Positions 1 through 10,043 of a stretch of 29,929 nucleotides of DNA are shown one piece after another. Positions within the stretch are counted from its first letter, which is position 1; every line of letters starts with the position of its first letter. Made by a program: the position numbers and the translations under genes. The stretch spans positions 1 through 29,929 of the forward strand of contig DXJO01000029.1 in NCBI GenBank assembly GCA_019057475.1, read 5' to 3'. The DNA comes from Candidatus Thorarchaeota archaeon (GTDB lineage: Archaea > Asgardarchaeota > Thorarchaeia > Thorarchaeales > Thorarchaeaceae). A model generated the notes under the pieces. The model ran no database searches, had not been told where the DNA came from, and saw nothing but the letters and a program-made list of their open reading frames with translations.

Positions 1-6
1 CTTTGC

Positions 7-252
7 TTATTCATGCTCCTCAATTGTCACAATGTAATAGGTCGGCTCCAGGTCAGTCCACATGGTCGTGACGAATCGGCCTGTGTCACGGTGCCGTGTC
101 AGGTAATCTGTGAACCGCGATATCGGCTTCTCTTCACCTGGTTTCCATATGCTCACTTGGACTAGCCTGCCAACAAGCCGCTCCAGCTGATACGCAATCC
201 ACGCGGACTTGGAAGAGAGGTTCAGGGTGATGGAGCATGGCGGCACACTCAC
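7..252 (-). CDS. small hypothetical protein (island cargo)
   Basis: 81-aa ORF with no recognisable motif. Overlaps alternative ORF 134..355. Confidence 0.3.
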   Translation of the reverse strand: MSVPPCSITLNLSSKSAWIAYQLERLVGRLVQVSIWKPGEEKPISRFTDYLTRHRDTGRFVTTMWTDLEPTYYIVTIEEHE

Positions 253-411
253 CGGGAATCCACAGGACCCTCGAAGAGGGCGTGTCTGTTAGAAATCCCT
301 CATAGGTTTCAATCTTCCACTGACTGTCCATGAGAGGGCTTTCCACCAAAGGCACTTCATCTTAATGGTCTGATCAACAGCAGGAACGCGGTCGGGTCTG
401 ATAGTCTGATT

Positions 412-768
412 TCAGTCAACAATTTTGAGTGTCGACCCGCATCTGGGGCACACCACTCGGTCGCCATCCCTGACACCATCATCCGGTGTCTTGAAGGCCA
501 ATCGACAGGTTGGACAGTTAATCTCACCGTGAAGCTTTGGAGGCGAATACATCCTCCACTTGTTAGCGAGATAGACTCCAAGAATGGACAAGAGCGGTAG
601 AGGCACCACGTAGCCAGGACCTATGATTCCACGTCTCGCTATTAGCTCGGGCAACATCGTCAAAACAATGAGAATCGATGGGACGAAGTTCAGAACTAGA
701 AGGAGTCTGATGGGTCTAATCTTGGCTCTTCCAGAGCGCAATTTCCACAGACCAATGACGAGCATCAT
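412..768 (-). CDS. small membrane protein with C-terminal zinc ribbon
   Basis: Two hydrophobic segments followed by CPTC...CPRC. Confidence 0.6.
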   Translation of the reverse strand: MMLVIGLWKLRSGRAKIRPIRLLLVLNFVPSILIVLTMLPELIARRGIIGPGYVVPLPLLSILGVYLANKWRMYSPPKLHGEINCPTCRLAFKTPDDGVRDGDRVVCPRCGSTLKIVD

Positions 769-812
769 GTTGTACCAGAAAGATAAATACCCCTGAGTGA
801 GTTCATAGAAAT

Positions 813-1760
813 ATGACTCGCTACTGGGTTATTGCTCCGTATGATTCTCGGAATTGGAGGGTGTTCAACCATGTCTGGAATTATGACCTAGAACACGGAA
901 CGATAGCGGTTGGTTGGACATCCTTGGGTGATATAGGAGATATTGAAAAGGATAATCTCTGGGAACGGGTAGCAGAATGGCGAGAGGACTATCCTGATTC
1001 TGTGGGACAAAACGCAGTATCGTTAGATACCAATATGATATGGAACTTCCATCACAACATCAAACCTGGTGATAAAATCCTAGCTAGAAAGGGAAGAATG
1101 ATTCTATTAGCTGTAGGAACTGTAGTTGGTGAAGCCTATTTCGATTTGGAAAAGGGAAAGGAGCGAGTTGGTGACCATGGTGTAATTCCGTATCCACGCT
1201 TCATCGATGTTGAATGGAAGGAACTGAATATAGAGTTCGGAAGTATCACGTTCGCAATGAATACTATAACCGGATTTTTTGATGAGGACTACTATCAGAA
1301 TCTCATGCAAGACATCCAGGAGGATGAAAGAACTTCAGACATCGTCGGCTTCCGCTTAGAGAAGCATCTTGAAGATTTCGTAGTGACAAATATGGATATG
1401 ATATTTAATGGCGAATACGAGGTCTTCATTGATGATGATGGGCGCATAGGTCAGCAGTACCCCATCTATGGGGAATCTAGTAGACCTATAGGACACATAG
1501 ACATCCTTGCAAAGAGAGGAGAGGATGAATCATATCTGGTTATTGAACTCAAGAAGGGACAAAGCCCCGATGAAACAGTTGGTCAGGTTTTGCGGTATAT
1601 GGGTTGGGTCAGAGAAAACCTAGATGACAACGTGAAAGGCTTGATTCTCTGTACAGAGCGTGATGAAAGAATGGATCACGCAGTTTCGGTGGTTAGTGAT
1701 CTTGTTAGTATCAAATACTATGAGGTTTCATTCACACTTCATGATGAACCTCCTGATTAG
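813..1760 (+). CDS. restriction-like endonuclease: N-terminal EVE/McrB-N-like (PUA-type) domain plus C-terminal NucS-like PD-(D/E)XK domain
   Basis: N-term YWVIAP...IAVGW...IKPGDKILARKG...AVGTV. C-term LEKHLEDFV...GHIDILAK...LVIELKK...GQVLRYMGW. Confidence 0.75.
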   Translation: MTRYWVIAPYDSRNWRVFNHVWNYDLEHGTIAVGWTSLGDIGDIEKDNLWERVAEWREDYPDSVGQNAVSLDTNMIWNFHHNIKPGDKILARKGRMILLAVGTVVGEAYFDLEKGKERVGDHGVIPYPRFIDVEWKELNIEFGSITFAMNTITGFFDEDYYQNLMQDIQEDERTSDIVGFRLEKHLEDFVVTNMDMIFNGEYEVFIDDDGRIGQQYPIYGESSRPIGHIDILAKRGEDESYLVIELKKGQSPDETVGQVLRYMGWVRENLDDNVKGLILCTERDERMDHAVSVVSDLVSIKYYEVSFTLHDEPPD

Positions 1761-1782
1761 AGGAATCGGTCTTTAATTTGAA

Positions 1783-1817
1783 GGAGTTCGCGAGTTCAAA
1801 TCTCGCCCGGTCCACCA
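1783..1817 (+). repeat. tRNA-Ala 3' fragment (att-like direct repeat, copy 1)
   Basis: ggagttcgcgagttcaaatctcgcccggtccacca is a T-arm plus acceptor 3' strand plus CCA. Two mismatches to the 3' end of the tRNA-Ala at 8956-9059. No 5' half. Confidence 0.85.
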
Positions 1818-1912
1818 CATTTTACTTCTAATTCTTCGAGAATGACAAACATATCTCTCATATGAAGCGTGATTTCAGTTTGCTATTCAGGAGCCTATAG
1901 ATTCGTTTCAAC

Positions 1913-2206
1913 ATGACAAGACGTTTATTCACGGAATTGAAATTCAACATAGTTCAAGTCTGTGGAAGTGGAATAATGTCTAGAATGAAAACTGCATATC
2001 CAACAAAGCTCAAGCGATACAAAGAAGGTGGTTGGGTTGCTGTACTCCAATTTGATATGAAGGAAGCAGCAGCTCTAGTAAAAGCGTTAGGTAATGCCAT
2101 GTACGAGGCTCAGGAAACGGGTACGAACAAGATATATTTCAAGGTGCATGACAAAGGCAAAGCAGACTACCCCGAGGGGAAGGTCATAGTACAACCTAAG
2201 CCATGA
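1913..2206 (+). CDS. hypothetical protein
   Basis: 97-aa ORF (start possibly at a downstream Met) lying alone between tRNA fragments 1 and 2. Confidence 0.5.
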   Translation: MTRRLFTELKFNIVQVCGSGIMSRMKTAYPTKLKRYKEGGWVAVLQFDMKEAAALVKALGNAMYEAQETGTNKIYFKVHDKGKADYPEGKVIVQPKP

Positions 2207-2236
2207 ATGGTATTACGCGTGTGGTAATGACTGCAT

Positions 2237-2260
2237 GAGTTCAAATCACGCTCGGTCCAC
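2237..2260 (+). repeat. tRNA-Ala 3' fragment (degenerate att-like copy 2)
   Basis: gagttcaaatcacgctcggtccac is a decayed version of copy 1. Confidence 0.7.
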
Positions 2261-2353
2261 AAGTTCATAATTGTGCTAATTCTAAGTCACAGATTCAAAA
2301 ATTCTTTATGAATGACTTAACATGAACAATTCGTCTATTGGAGGAAAAGCATT

Positions 2354-2650
2354 GTGGCATCAGAAAAGTCATTGACTATTGATGTACCGAGTCCAAAGCA
2401 AAAGAGGAAGGTGAAGCTGGATTTGTTGGGTGTGGGATTCAGAGTTTCCTGGAGTAGTGGAGGTAGACCATTTCAGCAAGCATTTCGAGTAGATCTTCAA
2501 CTAGATTGGATTACTCGAATACCTACGAAGGATTCTGAAGCTGGTGAGAAAAGAAGAGATGATGTGGGAATTCCGATATGGCTTTACAGATACGTCTTGG
2601 GCCATGATTTGGATGAACTAAGAAAAGCTATTGAGAAACAACGAAAATAA
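2354..2650 (+). CDS. hypothetical protein
   Basis: 98-aa ORF with a GGAGG Shine-Dalgarno upstream of GTG, lying alone between tRNA fragments 2 and 3. Confidence 0.6.
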   Translation: MASEKSLTIDVPSPKQKRKVKLDLLGVGFRVSWSSGGRPFQQAFRVDLQLDWITRIPTKDSEAGEKRRDDVGIPIWLYRYVLGHDLDELRKAIEKQRK

Positions 2651-2684
2651 ACTTCATTGTTGATTCGAGATTGTTGTTCCATAA

Positions 2685-2760
2685 CCTTGGCAGCTGCGAC
2701 GCACTCCGCGTGCATCCAAAACGGAAGAGGTCCCGAGTTCGAATCTCGGCCGGTCCACCA
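2685..2760 (+). pseudogene. 5'-truncated tRNA-Ala(GGC) retaining its 37/38 intron (att-like copy 3)
   Basis: cc-tt-GGC-a, then an intron ending ccaa-aa (ttgg/ccaa BHB helix), then c-ggaag-aggtc, T-arm ccgag-ttcgaat-ctcgg and ccggtcc-a-cca. D arm and acceptor 5' strand are absent. Confidence 0.8.
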
Positions 2761-2976
2761 ATTCATTTCTCCTAGAAGGCCTCAATACCCGGTTATTGCT
2801 ACATGGTTTCCTATTGAAGGCATCTATGATTTTTGCAGGATGTGTATCGAGAATGATGAAAGTGATTACTACACTGAGAACTACAATATCTTTCTAAAAT
2901 GAATTCATTACTAGATTATGCGAGAAGTAATTTATAAGCTGCTCAAAAGTACATTCTATCATTAGGAGGAGAAAAG

Positions 2977-3576
2977 ATGGACCAAGCTGTCATCCAAATA
3001 GCACAGGAATTTGATTCCAAAGACGAGAAACGGGTTTATGATCCCATGGTGAAATATCTTCAAAATCAATTCACAACACTAAATTTTGAAAAAAAACGAT
3101 CACTACTCCTAGCATTCACTATGTTTTTCGACCGCAGCCATCCAGTCATTGGATTTTCTGGTTCAGAAGCAGATATTGTAGGATATTTCCCTCAGAAACA
3201 AATGAGAATCGATAAAAATGATATGCTCCTACGAAAAGGTGGAAAATACAAATTCGGAAAGAATGAGATTATCTATCCTTGCGTCATTATTCAAATCAAT
3301 ACATCTATGAAAACGGGAAAGTTGCAGCTAGAAAATATGAAAGCGCAAAATTGGAGGAAATTATTCCCACGGACGCTATTAGTGCTACTTGCAGGGCATT
3401 ATGGGGATAAGTTCGACATTCGGTTTGACAGGGAAACAAGTGCTTTTGATGAAGTAATTTCAGAACTCAGGAATCCGGATAGATGTCAAGTAGGATTGAA
3501 ACGTTTGTGTGAAGGAATGAAAACCCACATCGATACGAAATGGAGTGGAAGCGACGGGTTCTTTTCGGCTATCTAG
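2977..3576 (+). CDS. hypothetical protein, possible restriction-endonuclease-like fold
   Basis: AT-rich 199-aa ORF with GGAGGAG SD and upstream TTTATAA. E-A-D-I-V...I-I-Q-I-N-T-S-M-K resembles a divergent PD-(D/E)XK core. Confidence 0.55.
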   Translation: MDQAVIQIAQEFDSKDEKRVYDPMVKYLQNQFTTLNFEKKRSLLLAFTMFFDRSHPVIGFSGSEADIVGYFPQKQMRIDKNDMLLRKGGKYKFGKNEIIYPCVIIQINTSMKTGKLQLENMKAQNWRKLFPRTLLVLLAGHYGDKFDIRFDRETSAFDEVISELRNPDRCQVGLKRLCEGMKTHIDTKWSGSDGFFSAI

Positions 3577-4072
3577 AATCAGAAGGCGATCTGCCGGGCT
3601 GAATTACCGGCCCAGTTGCAAGGTATGAATTACATATCTGCGAGCGTGAATTGTATGTCTTTTTATCATCTGTTGGGCAGGCAGAGCGGTGAGAATGTCT
3701 GTCCAGTGGTGGGTTAATGTCTCTCACAGTAGAACATTGCAACAGGTAATACAGTTCTTGGTTGGATGAAAGCAACAGAGAAACTGCACGCAGTTTAGGG
3801 ACTTCAAAGGTTGAACAGACTTATTCTATAACTCTTACGAGTCTTCGAGACCCCTATCATTCAGGTGTAAAACATGAACTGTTTAAAACCGCTATACTGT
3901 TCATTGTAAGTTGGACAAACTTGGACAGGGAGTCTTTGTCCTCCCAAGAGCGGCATTGGGAACGTACTCCTTGAGGTCATTTTCCTGTCATTTAACCTCA
4001 AGAACTATTTTCACGACTTGAGTATATAATATCATATTCGAAAATGTCCGATATTGTACAGGTTAACGGCAG

Positions 4073-6631
4073 TTGTCCATAACCCTTTTAGGAGGCATCA
4101 CTTGTGCGTGGCTGAAGCGGTACAAGCCGACCCTTGCTGACATCAAGGAGACTGATGTTTTGCCAACAAAGTTCAAACCCAAGATAACGTCGAAGCGCTG
4201 GAAACCTGAATCCGAGGAGGAACTACTGAAGACGTGGTTCGATGAAGATCTCTATGCCTTTGATCCTGACTCGGGAAAAGAGATTTTCACGATAGACACT
4301 CCACCCCCTTACCTCTCAGGTCCAATGCATGTGGGGCAGGTTGTTCATTATACGCAAATAGACGAGATAGCTAGGTACCGGAGGATGCAGGGACTAGAGG
4401 TTAACTTCCCGCTAGGCATAGATCGCAACGGCCTCCCAGTGGAAGTGAGGGTTGAGAAAGATCTTGGGTTGAATATGCGTACCACTCCACGGGAGATATT
4501 CATCCAGAAGTGCAGAGAGCTGTTGGATGAGGATGAGAAAATCGCTCTTGCAGGCTTCAAACGACTTGGTCTTGGATTCAACACTTACGATGACGAAGGC
4601 AGCTATCGTACGGATAGTCCGAAATACAGAGCGGTAACTCAAGCCACATTCATCGATATCTGGAATAAGGGCTTAGTGTACAGTGGCGTACGACCCAACA
4701 ACTGGTGCTTTGAATGCGGCACAACAATTGCTGACGCAGAAGTTGAGTACTCAGAGCGCTCAACAACCCTGCACTACCTCTACTTCCAGGTTGAGGGACT
4801 CGATCCAATAAAGATAGCCACGACGAGACCGGAGCTGCTCTGTGCGTGTGGTGCCATATTCATTCATCCTGAAGATAAGCGCTATCGCAGCTATGTTGGT
4901 AAAAGAGCCAAGGTGCCGGTCTTTGGTCACGAGGTGCAAATCACTGAGAGTCCCACAGCTCAAATGGACGTTGGAACTGGTGCCTTGATGGTGTGTAGCT
5001 ACGGTGATCAAGCCGATATCATGGCGTTTCGTGATCATGCGCTGAAGCCCATAGCAGCCATCTCCCCTGATGGCACGATGACTGAGGCCGCGGGAGAATA
5101 CGCAGGTCTGACGATTGCCGAGGCACGGATGAGGGTGATCGAGTCTCTCGTGAGGGGAAAATTCCTGTTCAAGCAGGAGGAATCAGTACAGAGAGTACCC
5201 CTGTGCTGGCGCAGTAGAACTCCTATCGAATTCATAGCAATGGACGAGTATTACGTCAAACAAGTCGAGTTTATTGATGATTTGATGAAGATTGCTAATG
5301 AAACGCCGTTCTTTCCCAACTTTCACAGGCAGATACTCATTGATTGGTTGAACAGGGTTTCCGTGGATTGGCCAGTGAGCAGACGCAGATACTACGGCAC
5401 AGAGATACCAATCTGGTACTGCAATGCATGCGGAGAGCCTGTCTTGCCCGAATCTGGCGAGATTAGGTACTACCAGCCGTGGAAGGAGGACCCACCGTTC
5501 AAGAAATGCCCCAAGTGCAGTGCGGAAAAGGGTTTCAGAGGAGAAGAACGAACTTTCGATACATGGATGGACTCCTCAATAAGCGGCCTACAAGCAATTC
5601 ACTATCTGCGAGATGACAATCTCTTCAAGAAGGCATTCGGCAATGTTCTGCGACCGCAGGGCAAGGATATTGTAAGAACTTGGCTCTACTACTCTCTCCT
5701 GAGGACCTATCAGCTGACAGGGAAACCAGCTTTCAAGGAGATCTGGGTTTCAGGATTTGTGGTTGATGAGAACGGCGAGGCAATGAGCAAGTCAAAGGGC
5801 AACTCGCCGCCACCAATGCCGTTTGTGGAAAAATACGGCGCCGATGCAATACGGTTCTTCGGAGTGCTTGAGGCTGGACTTGGCAGCGACATACGCTTCT
5901 CAGAGGATCGACTTGCTGGCGTGTCAAAGTTCATGACAAAGCTCTGGAATATTGCACGTTTCATTTCCATGTTTCCGGTACCAGAGAAAATGAAATTTGC
6001 AGACCTGACTCCAGTGGATCAGTGGGTTCTTGCGGAGGCTAGCAAGACAGTCGAGAGGATACTGCCTGATTGTGACCTTCTGGACTTCCACAAGCCCGCA
6101 ATTGAAATCAGAAGGTTTGCTTGGAATTTCTTTGCGGACCACGTCCTAGAAATGCTCAAGGGACGGTGTTTCAATGGTGAAGGCACGTTCACTGAGAAGG
6201 AGCAAGAATCTGCATGGTTCGCTCTGCATGAAACATTGAAAATCATCCTGAAGACTCTGGCGCCCATCACTCCATTCATCACCGACCGGGTCTATCGAGA
6301 GCTCTATGATCCAAAGGGCATACACCGAAAGGCATACCCCTCCCCACAGGAAGAGTGGGTTTCAGAAATGACTGAGCACACGGGCCTGTTGATGCAGACT
6401 AATGCAGCATTCTGGAAATTCAAACGTGAGAGTGGGCTGTCGCTCCGCCAAGGAGTGCCCGAAGCCTATGTGTCAGACAAACTCAAGCAGTGGGCTAGGG
6501 ATTTGCAGGCGATGCACGGCATAGAAACGATTGGTTTTGGAAAACCATCAGGTGATGGCTTCGTTGACGTATTGATTCCAGAAACGGAGGAGGTAATATT
6601 CGTGAAACCGCCCCCGACAGAGCCTGAATAG
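4073..6631 (+). CDS. valS: valine--tRNA ligase (archaeal type); likely start TTG at 4160
   Basis: FTIDTPPP, HIGH-like HVGQ, IATTRPEL editing motif, DWPVSRRRYYG, DTWMDSS, RPQGKDIVRTW and KMSKS-like AMSKSKGN. Confidence 0.95.
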   Translation: MSITLLGGITCAWLKRYKPTLADIKETDVLPTKFKPKITSKRWKPESEEELLKTWFDEDLYAFDPDSGKEIFTIDTPPPYLSGPMHVGQVVHYTQIDEIARYRRMQGLEVNFPLGIDRNGLPVEVRVEKDLGLNMRTTPREIFIQKCRELLDEDEKIALAGFKRLGLGFNTYDDEGSYRTDSPKYRAVTQATFIDIWNKGLVYSGVRPNNWCFECGTTIADAEVEYSERSTTLHYLYFQVEGLDPIKIATTRPELLCACGAIFIHPEDKRYRSYVGKRAKVPVFGHEVQITESPTAQMDVGTGALMVCSYGDQADIMAFRDHALKPIAAISPDGTMTEAAGEYAGLTIAEARMRVIESLVRGKFLFKQEESVQRVPLCWRSRTPIEFIAMDEYYVKQVEFIDDLMKIANETPFFPNFHRQILIDWLNRVSVDWPVSRRRYYGTEIPIWYCNACGEPVLPESGEIRYYQPWKEDPPFKKCPKCSAEKGFRGEERTFDTWMDSSISGLQAIHYLRDDNLFKKAFGNVLRPQGKDIVRTWLYYSLLRTYQLTGKPAFKEIWVSGFVVDENGEAMSKSKGNSPPPMPFVEKYGADAIRFFGVLEAGLGSDIRFSEDRLAGVSKFMTKLWNIARFISMFPVPEKMKFADLTPVDQWVLAEASKTVERILPDCDLLDFHKPAIEIRRFAWNFFADHVLEMLKGRCFNGEGTFTEKEQESAWFALHETLKIILKTLAPITPFITDRVYRELYDPKGIHRKAYPSPQEEWVSEMTEHTGLLMQTNAAFWKFKRESGLSLRQGVPEAYVSDKLKQWARDLQAMHGIETIGFGKPSGDGFVDVLIPETEEVIFVKPPPTEPE

Positions 6632-6644
6632 TGTGCTATGCAGA

Positions 6645-7079
6645 TTACTTCACGACTACATGATTCTCGTGCTCGACAGAACATTTCATGCTGTTCGCTA
6701 CTAGGCAGTATTTGCCAGCCAATTCGAGAGCTCTCTCCGCCTTTGGCTTGAGATCCTCGGAGTCAACAGTGACAGTGGCCTTGAGCAGTATCTTCGTGAA
6801 CTGGAAGCCTTTCTCTACTCTTTCGAGTGTCCCTATGCCCTCACAGGCGAACGCCTGGTAGCCAAACCTCATCTTGTGAGTGAAGGTTACGAATGTAGTC
6901 ATCAGACATGATGCCGCGGCGGCGACAAACAGGTCCTCGGGCGACATGATGCCTTCAGGTCCTCCGAATTCCGGAGGTGAAGCCACCTGCACCTTTGGTT
7001 TTCCCTCAACAGTCAGGTCACCGGCTCGGTCATGTGTCCAGTCGATTGTTACATGATACTCATGGGACTCATCAGTCAT
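6645..7079 (-). CDS. OsmC/Ohr family protein (start at MTDESH)
   Basis: SPPEFGG...SPEDLFVAAAASC...KYCLVANSM, with the two catalytic Cys. Confidence 0.9.
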   Translation of the reverse strand: MTDESHEYHVTIDWTHDRAGDLTVEGKPKVQVASPPEFGGPEGIMSPEDLFVAAAASCLMTTFVTFTHKMRFGYQAFACEGIGTLERVEKGFQFTKILLKATVTVDSEDLKPKAERALELAGKYCLVANSMKCSVEHENHVVVK

Positions 7080-7155
7080 AGTGTACACCTGAGCATTTCT
7101 TGAGGGCGCCCTCAGGAAAAGGGTTTGGTTGTAGCTGTAACTCTTCGCGCCGTAG

Positions 7156-7602
7156 TCACTCCACAATCACCTCGGTTTCGTGCGTGATGGGGCATTTCAT
7201 GCTGTTGCCTACGAAGCAGTACTTGGCGGCAAGTTCCAGTGCTCTTTCCATCTTGCCTTTAATGCTCTCAGATTCAACGACCACCCTTGCTTTCATGTCG
7301 ATTCGTGTTATCTCGTAACTTCGACCTACCGACTCCAGTTTCCCTGTAGAATCGCACTCAAAGGACTTGAAACTAATGTGCATCTTCTTGGTGAACTCCA
7401 CGAAGCCGCTCATGAAGCAGGTTGTTGCTGACGCCACGAACAGGTCTTCGGGCGAGTGGAATTCCTCTTCACCTTCAAGTCCAAGCGGTGTGCCGATTTT
7501 GATTGTGGGCTTGTGTTTCACCATGAGGTCGCCTGATTTGCCCCCGGTCCAAGTGAGTCGGACTTCGAAGTTTTGAAAGTCTTCACTCAAGAGCTTCACC
7601 AC
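7156..7602 (-). CDS. OsmC/Ohr family protein (tandem paralog)
   Basis: SPEDLFVASATTC...KYCFVGNSM, clearly colinear with the neighbouring OsmC. Confidence 0.9.
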   Translation of the reverse strand: MVKLLSEDFQNFEVRLTWTGGKSGDLMVKHKPTIKIGTPLGLEGEEEFHSPEDLFVASATTCFMSGFVEFTKKMHISFKSFECDSTGKLESVGRSYEITRIDMKARVVVESESIKGKMERALELAAKYCFVGNSMKCPITHETEVIVE

Positions 7603-7652
7603 GTTCTTAGCTTGAATGCATACGGAAAAGAGTATGGGCGTAGTCGCGGCAT

Positions 7653-8435
7653 CTACGTTTTTTCTGCCTTGAATACAAGGAAGAATGGTATCCTTCTCTC
7701 TCGGTCGAAGAATGCGTTGTCAGTTACAGGTCTAGGTTCTTTAAGACTGACGAGTGAGAATCCCGTGGAAACAAGAGCATTAACGTAAGTGCTAATCGTC
7801 CTATGATAGAAACTGAACTGCTTGGGGAACTTCTCTCCCTTGCGCGTTCTCCAATAACGCAAATACTCCTTCTCATCGAAATACCTGTCAACCTTGAAGT
7901 ATTGTCCAGCTCTCCTCCGTGTCTTCGGGTCTTTTTCTCCCACCTCCCATGAACTTGGCCCATAGACGTTGAAAGCCGGGTGCACCAATGAGAACACCAG
8001 TATGCCTCCTGAACGAAGCACACGGCTGAATTCACTCAACGCCTCCTGAAAACACGCGATATTGAGAAGAACAAGGTTGCATAGTACTAGGTCAAACTCA
8101 GAATCCGATATGAAATGCAGATTGCAGATACTCCCCACACGGTAATTGACTTCCTCATGCGCAGCCATTTTCTTACAAATATCGATTAGTTTCTGCGACG
8201 TATCGACGCCCGTGACAATCGCTCCCTTGTGTGCGTAGTGTCGCGAGAGGTAGCCCTCACCACAGCCTGCATCCAGCAGCTTTTTTCCATTGACATCACC
8301 AAGCAGGCGATCGACGCACGGATTCAGAATCTCGCGATGATGAGGTGTCCCCATTCCATCTATGAGGTTGGCAAACACCTCAGCGTTTGTTTCCCACTGT
8401 TCAGCTATCCGCTCGTCCATGCCACAACGTGCCAA
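7653..8435 (-). CDS. class I SAM-dependent methyltransferase
   Basis: LLDAGCGEG motif I, VTGVD, FDLVLCNLVL, RVLRSGG. Confidence 0.9.
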   Translation of the reverse strand: MARCGMDERIAEQWETNAEVFANLIDGMGTPHHREILNPCVDRLLGDVNGKKLLDAGCGEGYLSRHYAHKGAIVTGVDTSQKLIDICKKMAAHEEVNYRVGSICNLHFISDSEFDLVLCNLVLLNIACFQEALSEFSRVLRSGGILVFSLVHPAFNVYGPSSWEVGEKDPKTRRRAGQYFKVDRYFDEKEYLRYWRTRKGEKFPKQFSFYHRTISTYVNALVSTGFSLVSLKEPRPVTDNAFFDRERRIPFFLVFKAEKT

Positions 8436-8485
8436 AGCGCGCTTACTGAATCTTTCGCCAAATCGGTTACGAATACTGCGAATGT

Positions 8486-8920
8486 CTAGATTCTGTCCCA
8501 GACCTTGTGCACTCTCTTGCCGGTTTCCTCTATCACTGGCGCCATCTTGTCTTTTGGTGCGAGACCGGTTTCAGCTGCAATTCTCATAATCGATGTATGA
8601 GCAGCGAAAATCTTACCTTTGTCCTCATAGACAACGAAACTGCACGGGAATATTGTTCCGACATCCTTGGACACATCTAATGCCATCTTGGCGAGCGGTG
8701 CGGCACACGCCAGAATGACCGTGTAACGAGGGTAGTTCTTGGCACCCAGCTTCTTCGCGAATATCTCGTCGACGCTTTTCGTTAGCATAACAGTGAAGCC
8801 CTCATCATTACATATCTGCTCGATTTTCTGAACAGCTTCATCGAACCCTTCGGAGATCTCCTTTCGTAGAACTTCGACCATATGAGCCGGGTGGGTAACT
8901 ATTGTTAAATTAGTTTGCAT
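8486..8920 (-). CDS. DUF302 domain protein
   Basis: FDEAV...GFTV...YTVILAC...GTIFPCSFVVYE pattern. Confidence 0.8.
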   Translation of the reverse strand: MQTNLTIVTHPAHMVEVLRKEISEGFDEAVQKIEQICNDEGFTVMLTKSVDEIFAKKLGAKNYPRYTVILACAAPLAKMALDVSKDVGTIFPCSFVVYEDKGKIFAAHTSIMRIAAETGLAPKDKMAPVIEETGKRVHKVWDRI

Positions 8921-8955
8921 AGTGACGAAGTGGCCTCTTCAAAGAAAATAGAGAG

Positions 8956-9059
8956 TGGACCGGGCGAGATTCGAACTCGCGACCTCCCGGACATTCGGCC
9001 TGCTGAACAAGCCAGCAGGCTTGCGAACCGAACGATCTACCAGGCTGATCTACCGGCCC
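8956..9059 (-). tRNA. tRNA-Ala(CGC) with a 30-nt intron at 37/38 (intron 8992-9021)
   Basis: Reverse complement folds as a cloverleaf: acceptor GGGCCGG/CCGGTCC with G3:U70, anticodon CGC, T-arm GCGAG-TTCGAAT-CTCGC. BHB helix ttcg/cgaa, intron hairpin gcctgctg/cagcaggc. Confidence 0.95.
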
Positions 9060-9120
9060 ATGACAATGCAACTGTCCAACTTGGACTTCTTAAAACTTTG
9101 CGGAAGAGGGACGATGCACG

Positions 9121-9414
9121 CTATATTTCGATGCCGAATGCTTCTGAGATTCTCTCAACTCTGACAAACTCCCTCAAGAATGCTCGTCCTTTTTCAGTCA
9201 GGGCGTAAACGCGATTATTAGATTCCGAGTCGGCTAGAATAACGAGTTCTTTCTCCACAAGTTCTAACAGATACTGAGTCAGTCTATCGTGAGACAGGTT
9301 CGCAGTGTAGAGAATTTTCGTCGGACCTGCACCATTCTCACCCTCACCTTGGATGGCGCGCATCATATCTGCGAGGATGCGCATCTTTGAACGGTAAGTC
9401 CGCTTTCCTTTCAT
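9121..9414 (-). CDS. winged helix-turn-helix transcriptional regulator (archaeal HTH_45-like)
   Basis: YRSKMRILADM...TKILYTANLS...YLLEL...YALTEKGRAFL. Confidence 0.85.
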   Translation of the reverse strand: MKGKRTYRSKMRILADMMRAIQGEGENGAGPTKILYTANLSHDRLTQYLLELVEKELVILADSESNNRVYALTEKGRAFLREFVRVERISEAFGIEI

Positions 9415-10043
9415 TACTCTCGGCCTGCCTTGTATAACATGACCAAGAAAGCTATGAAGCCTAGGAGCTGGAATGCTTGACTGAGGAGATAGGTCCCTAC
9501 ATTGTCAGCCGCCAGTATCAGGAACAAGTGACTCAACAGAAACATGGAGAATCCTGTGAGGACGTAGAGTGCGTAACGACTCCGGACGACGGCGTAGTTC
9601 ATGAATGCCTGCAGAACAACTACAAGCAATATGATAATCGTCAGGATTTCAAGATTGATATCGATCAGCACTGGGAGAGCTAGCAGCATCATAATCTCAG
9701 GTTGTTTAGTTCGCACACTGCGGCGAGTGGAAATCACGAAAAGAATGTAGGCCATCATTGTCAGAACATGATATGCGACGGTAACTAATACAATCAGACG
9801 CGTAAGGCTTGGGTTAATTTCCCCCTCAATCCCTAAGCGGACGAAGAAGTACCAAGTTCCACCCACGTGGCTAAACAAACCTGCTGCAAGGACGAGGAAC
9901 CCTGTTGATAGGTCCGACAACCTCTTTTGGCCTGTGAGGTTGAACGCCTTAGTGGCGTAGTAGGCCACCATCAGAGATATGATACCACCTATGGTCTCAA
10001 AGAGCAAATCCAACCTGATCAACGTGATTATTTGTTCCTGCAT
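9414..10043 (-). CDS. multi-pass membrane protein
   Basis: About 6-7 hydrophobic segments. Its stop overlaps the start of the wHTH gene. Confidence 0.8.
   Translation of the reverse strand: MQEQIITLIRLDLLFETIGGIISLMVAYYATKAFNLTGQKRLSDLSTGFLVLAAGLFSHVGGTWYFFVRLGIEGEINPSLTRLIVLVTVAYHVLTMMAYILFVISTRRSVRTKQPEIMMLLALPVLIDINLEILTIIILLVVVLQAFMNYAVVRSRYALYVLTGFSMFLLSHLFLILAADNVGTYLLSQAFQLLGFIAFLVMLYKAGRE

Noticed and set aside
3569-3974. Short ORFs upstream of valS
   Set aside because: No motifs or translation signals; probably intergenic or decayed DNA.
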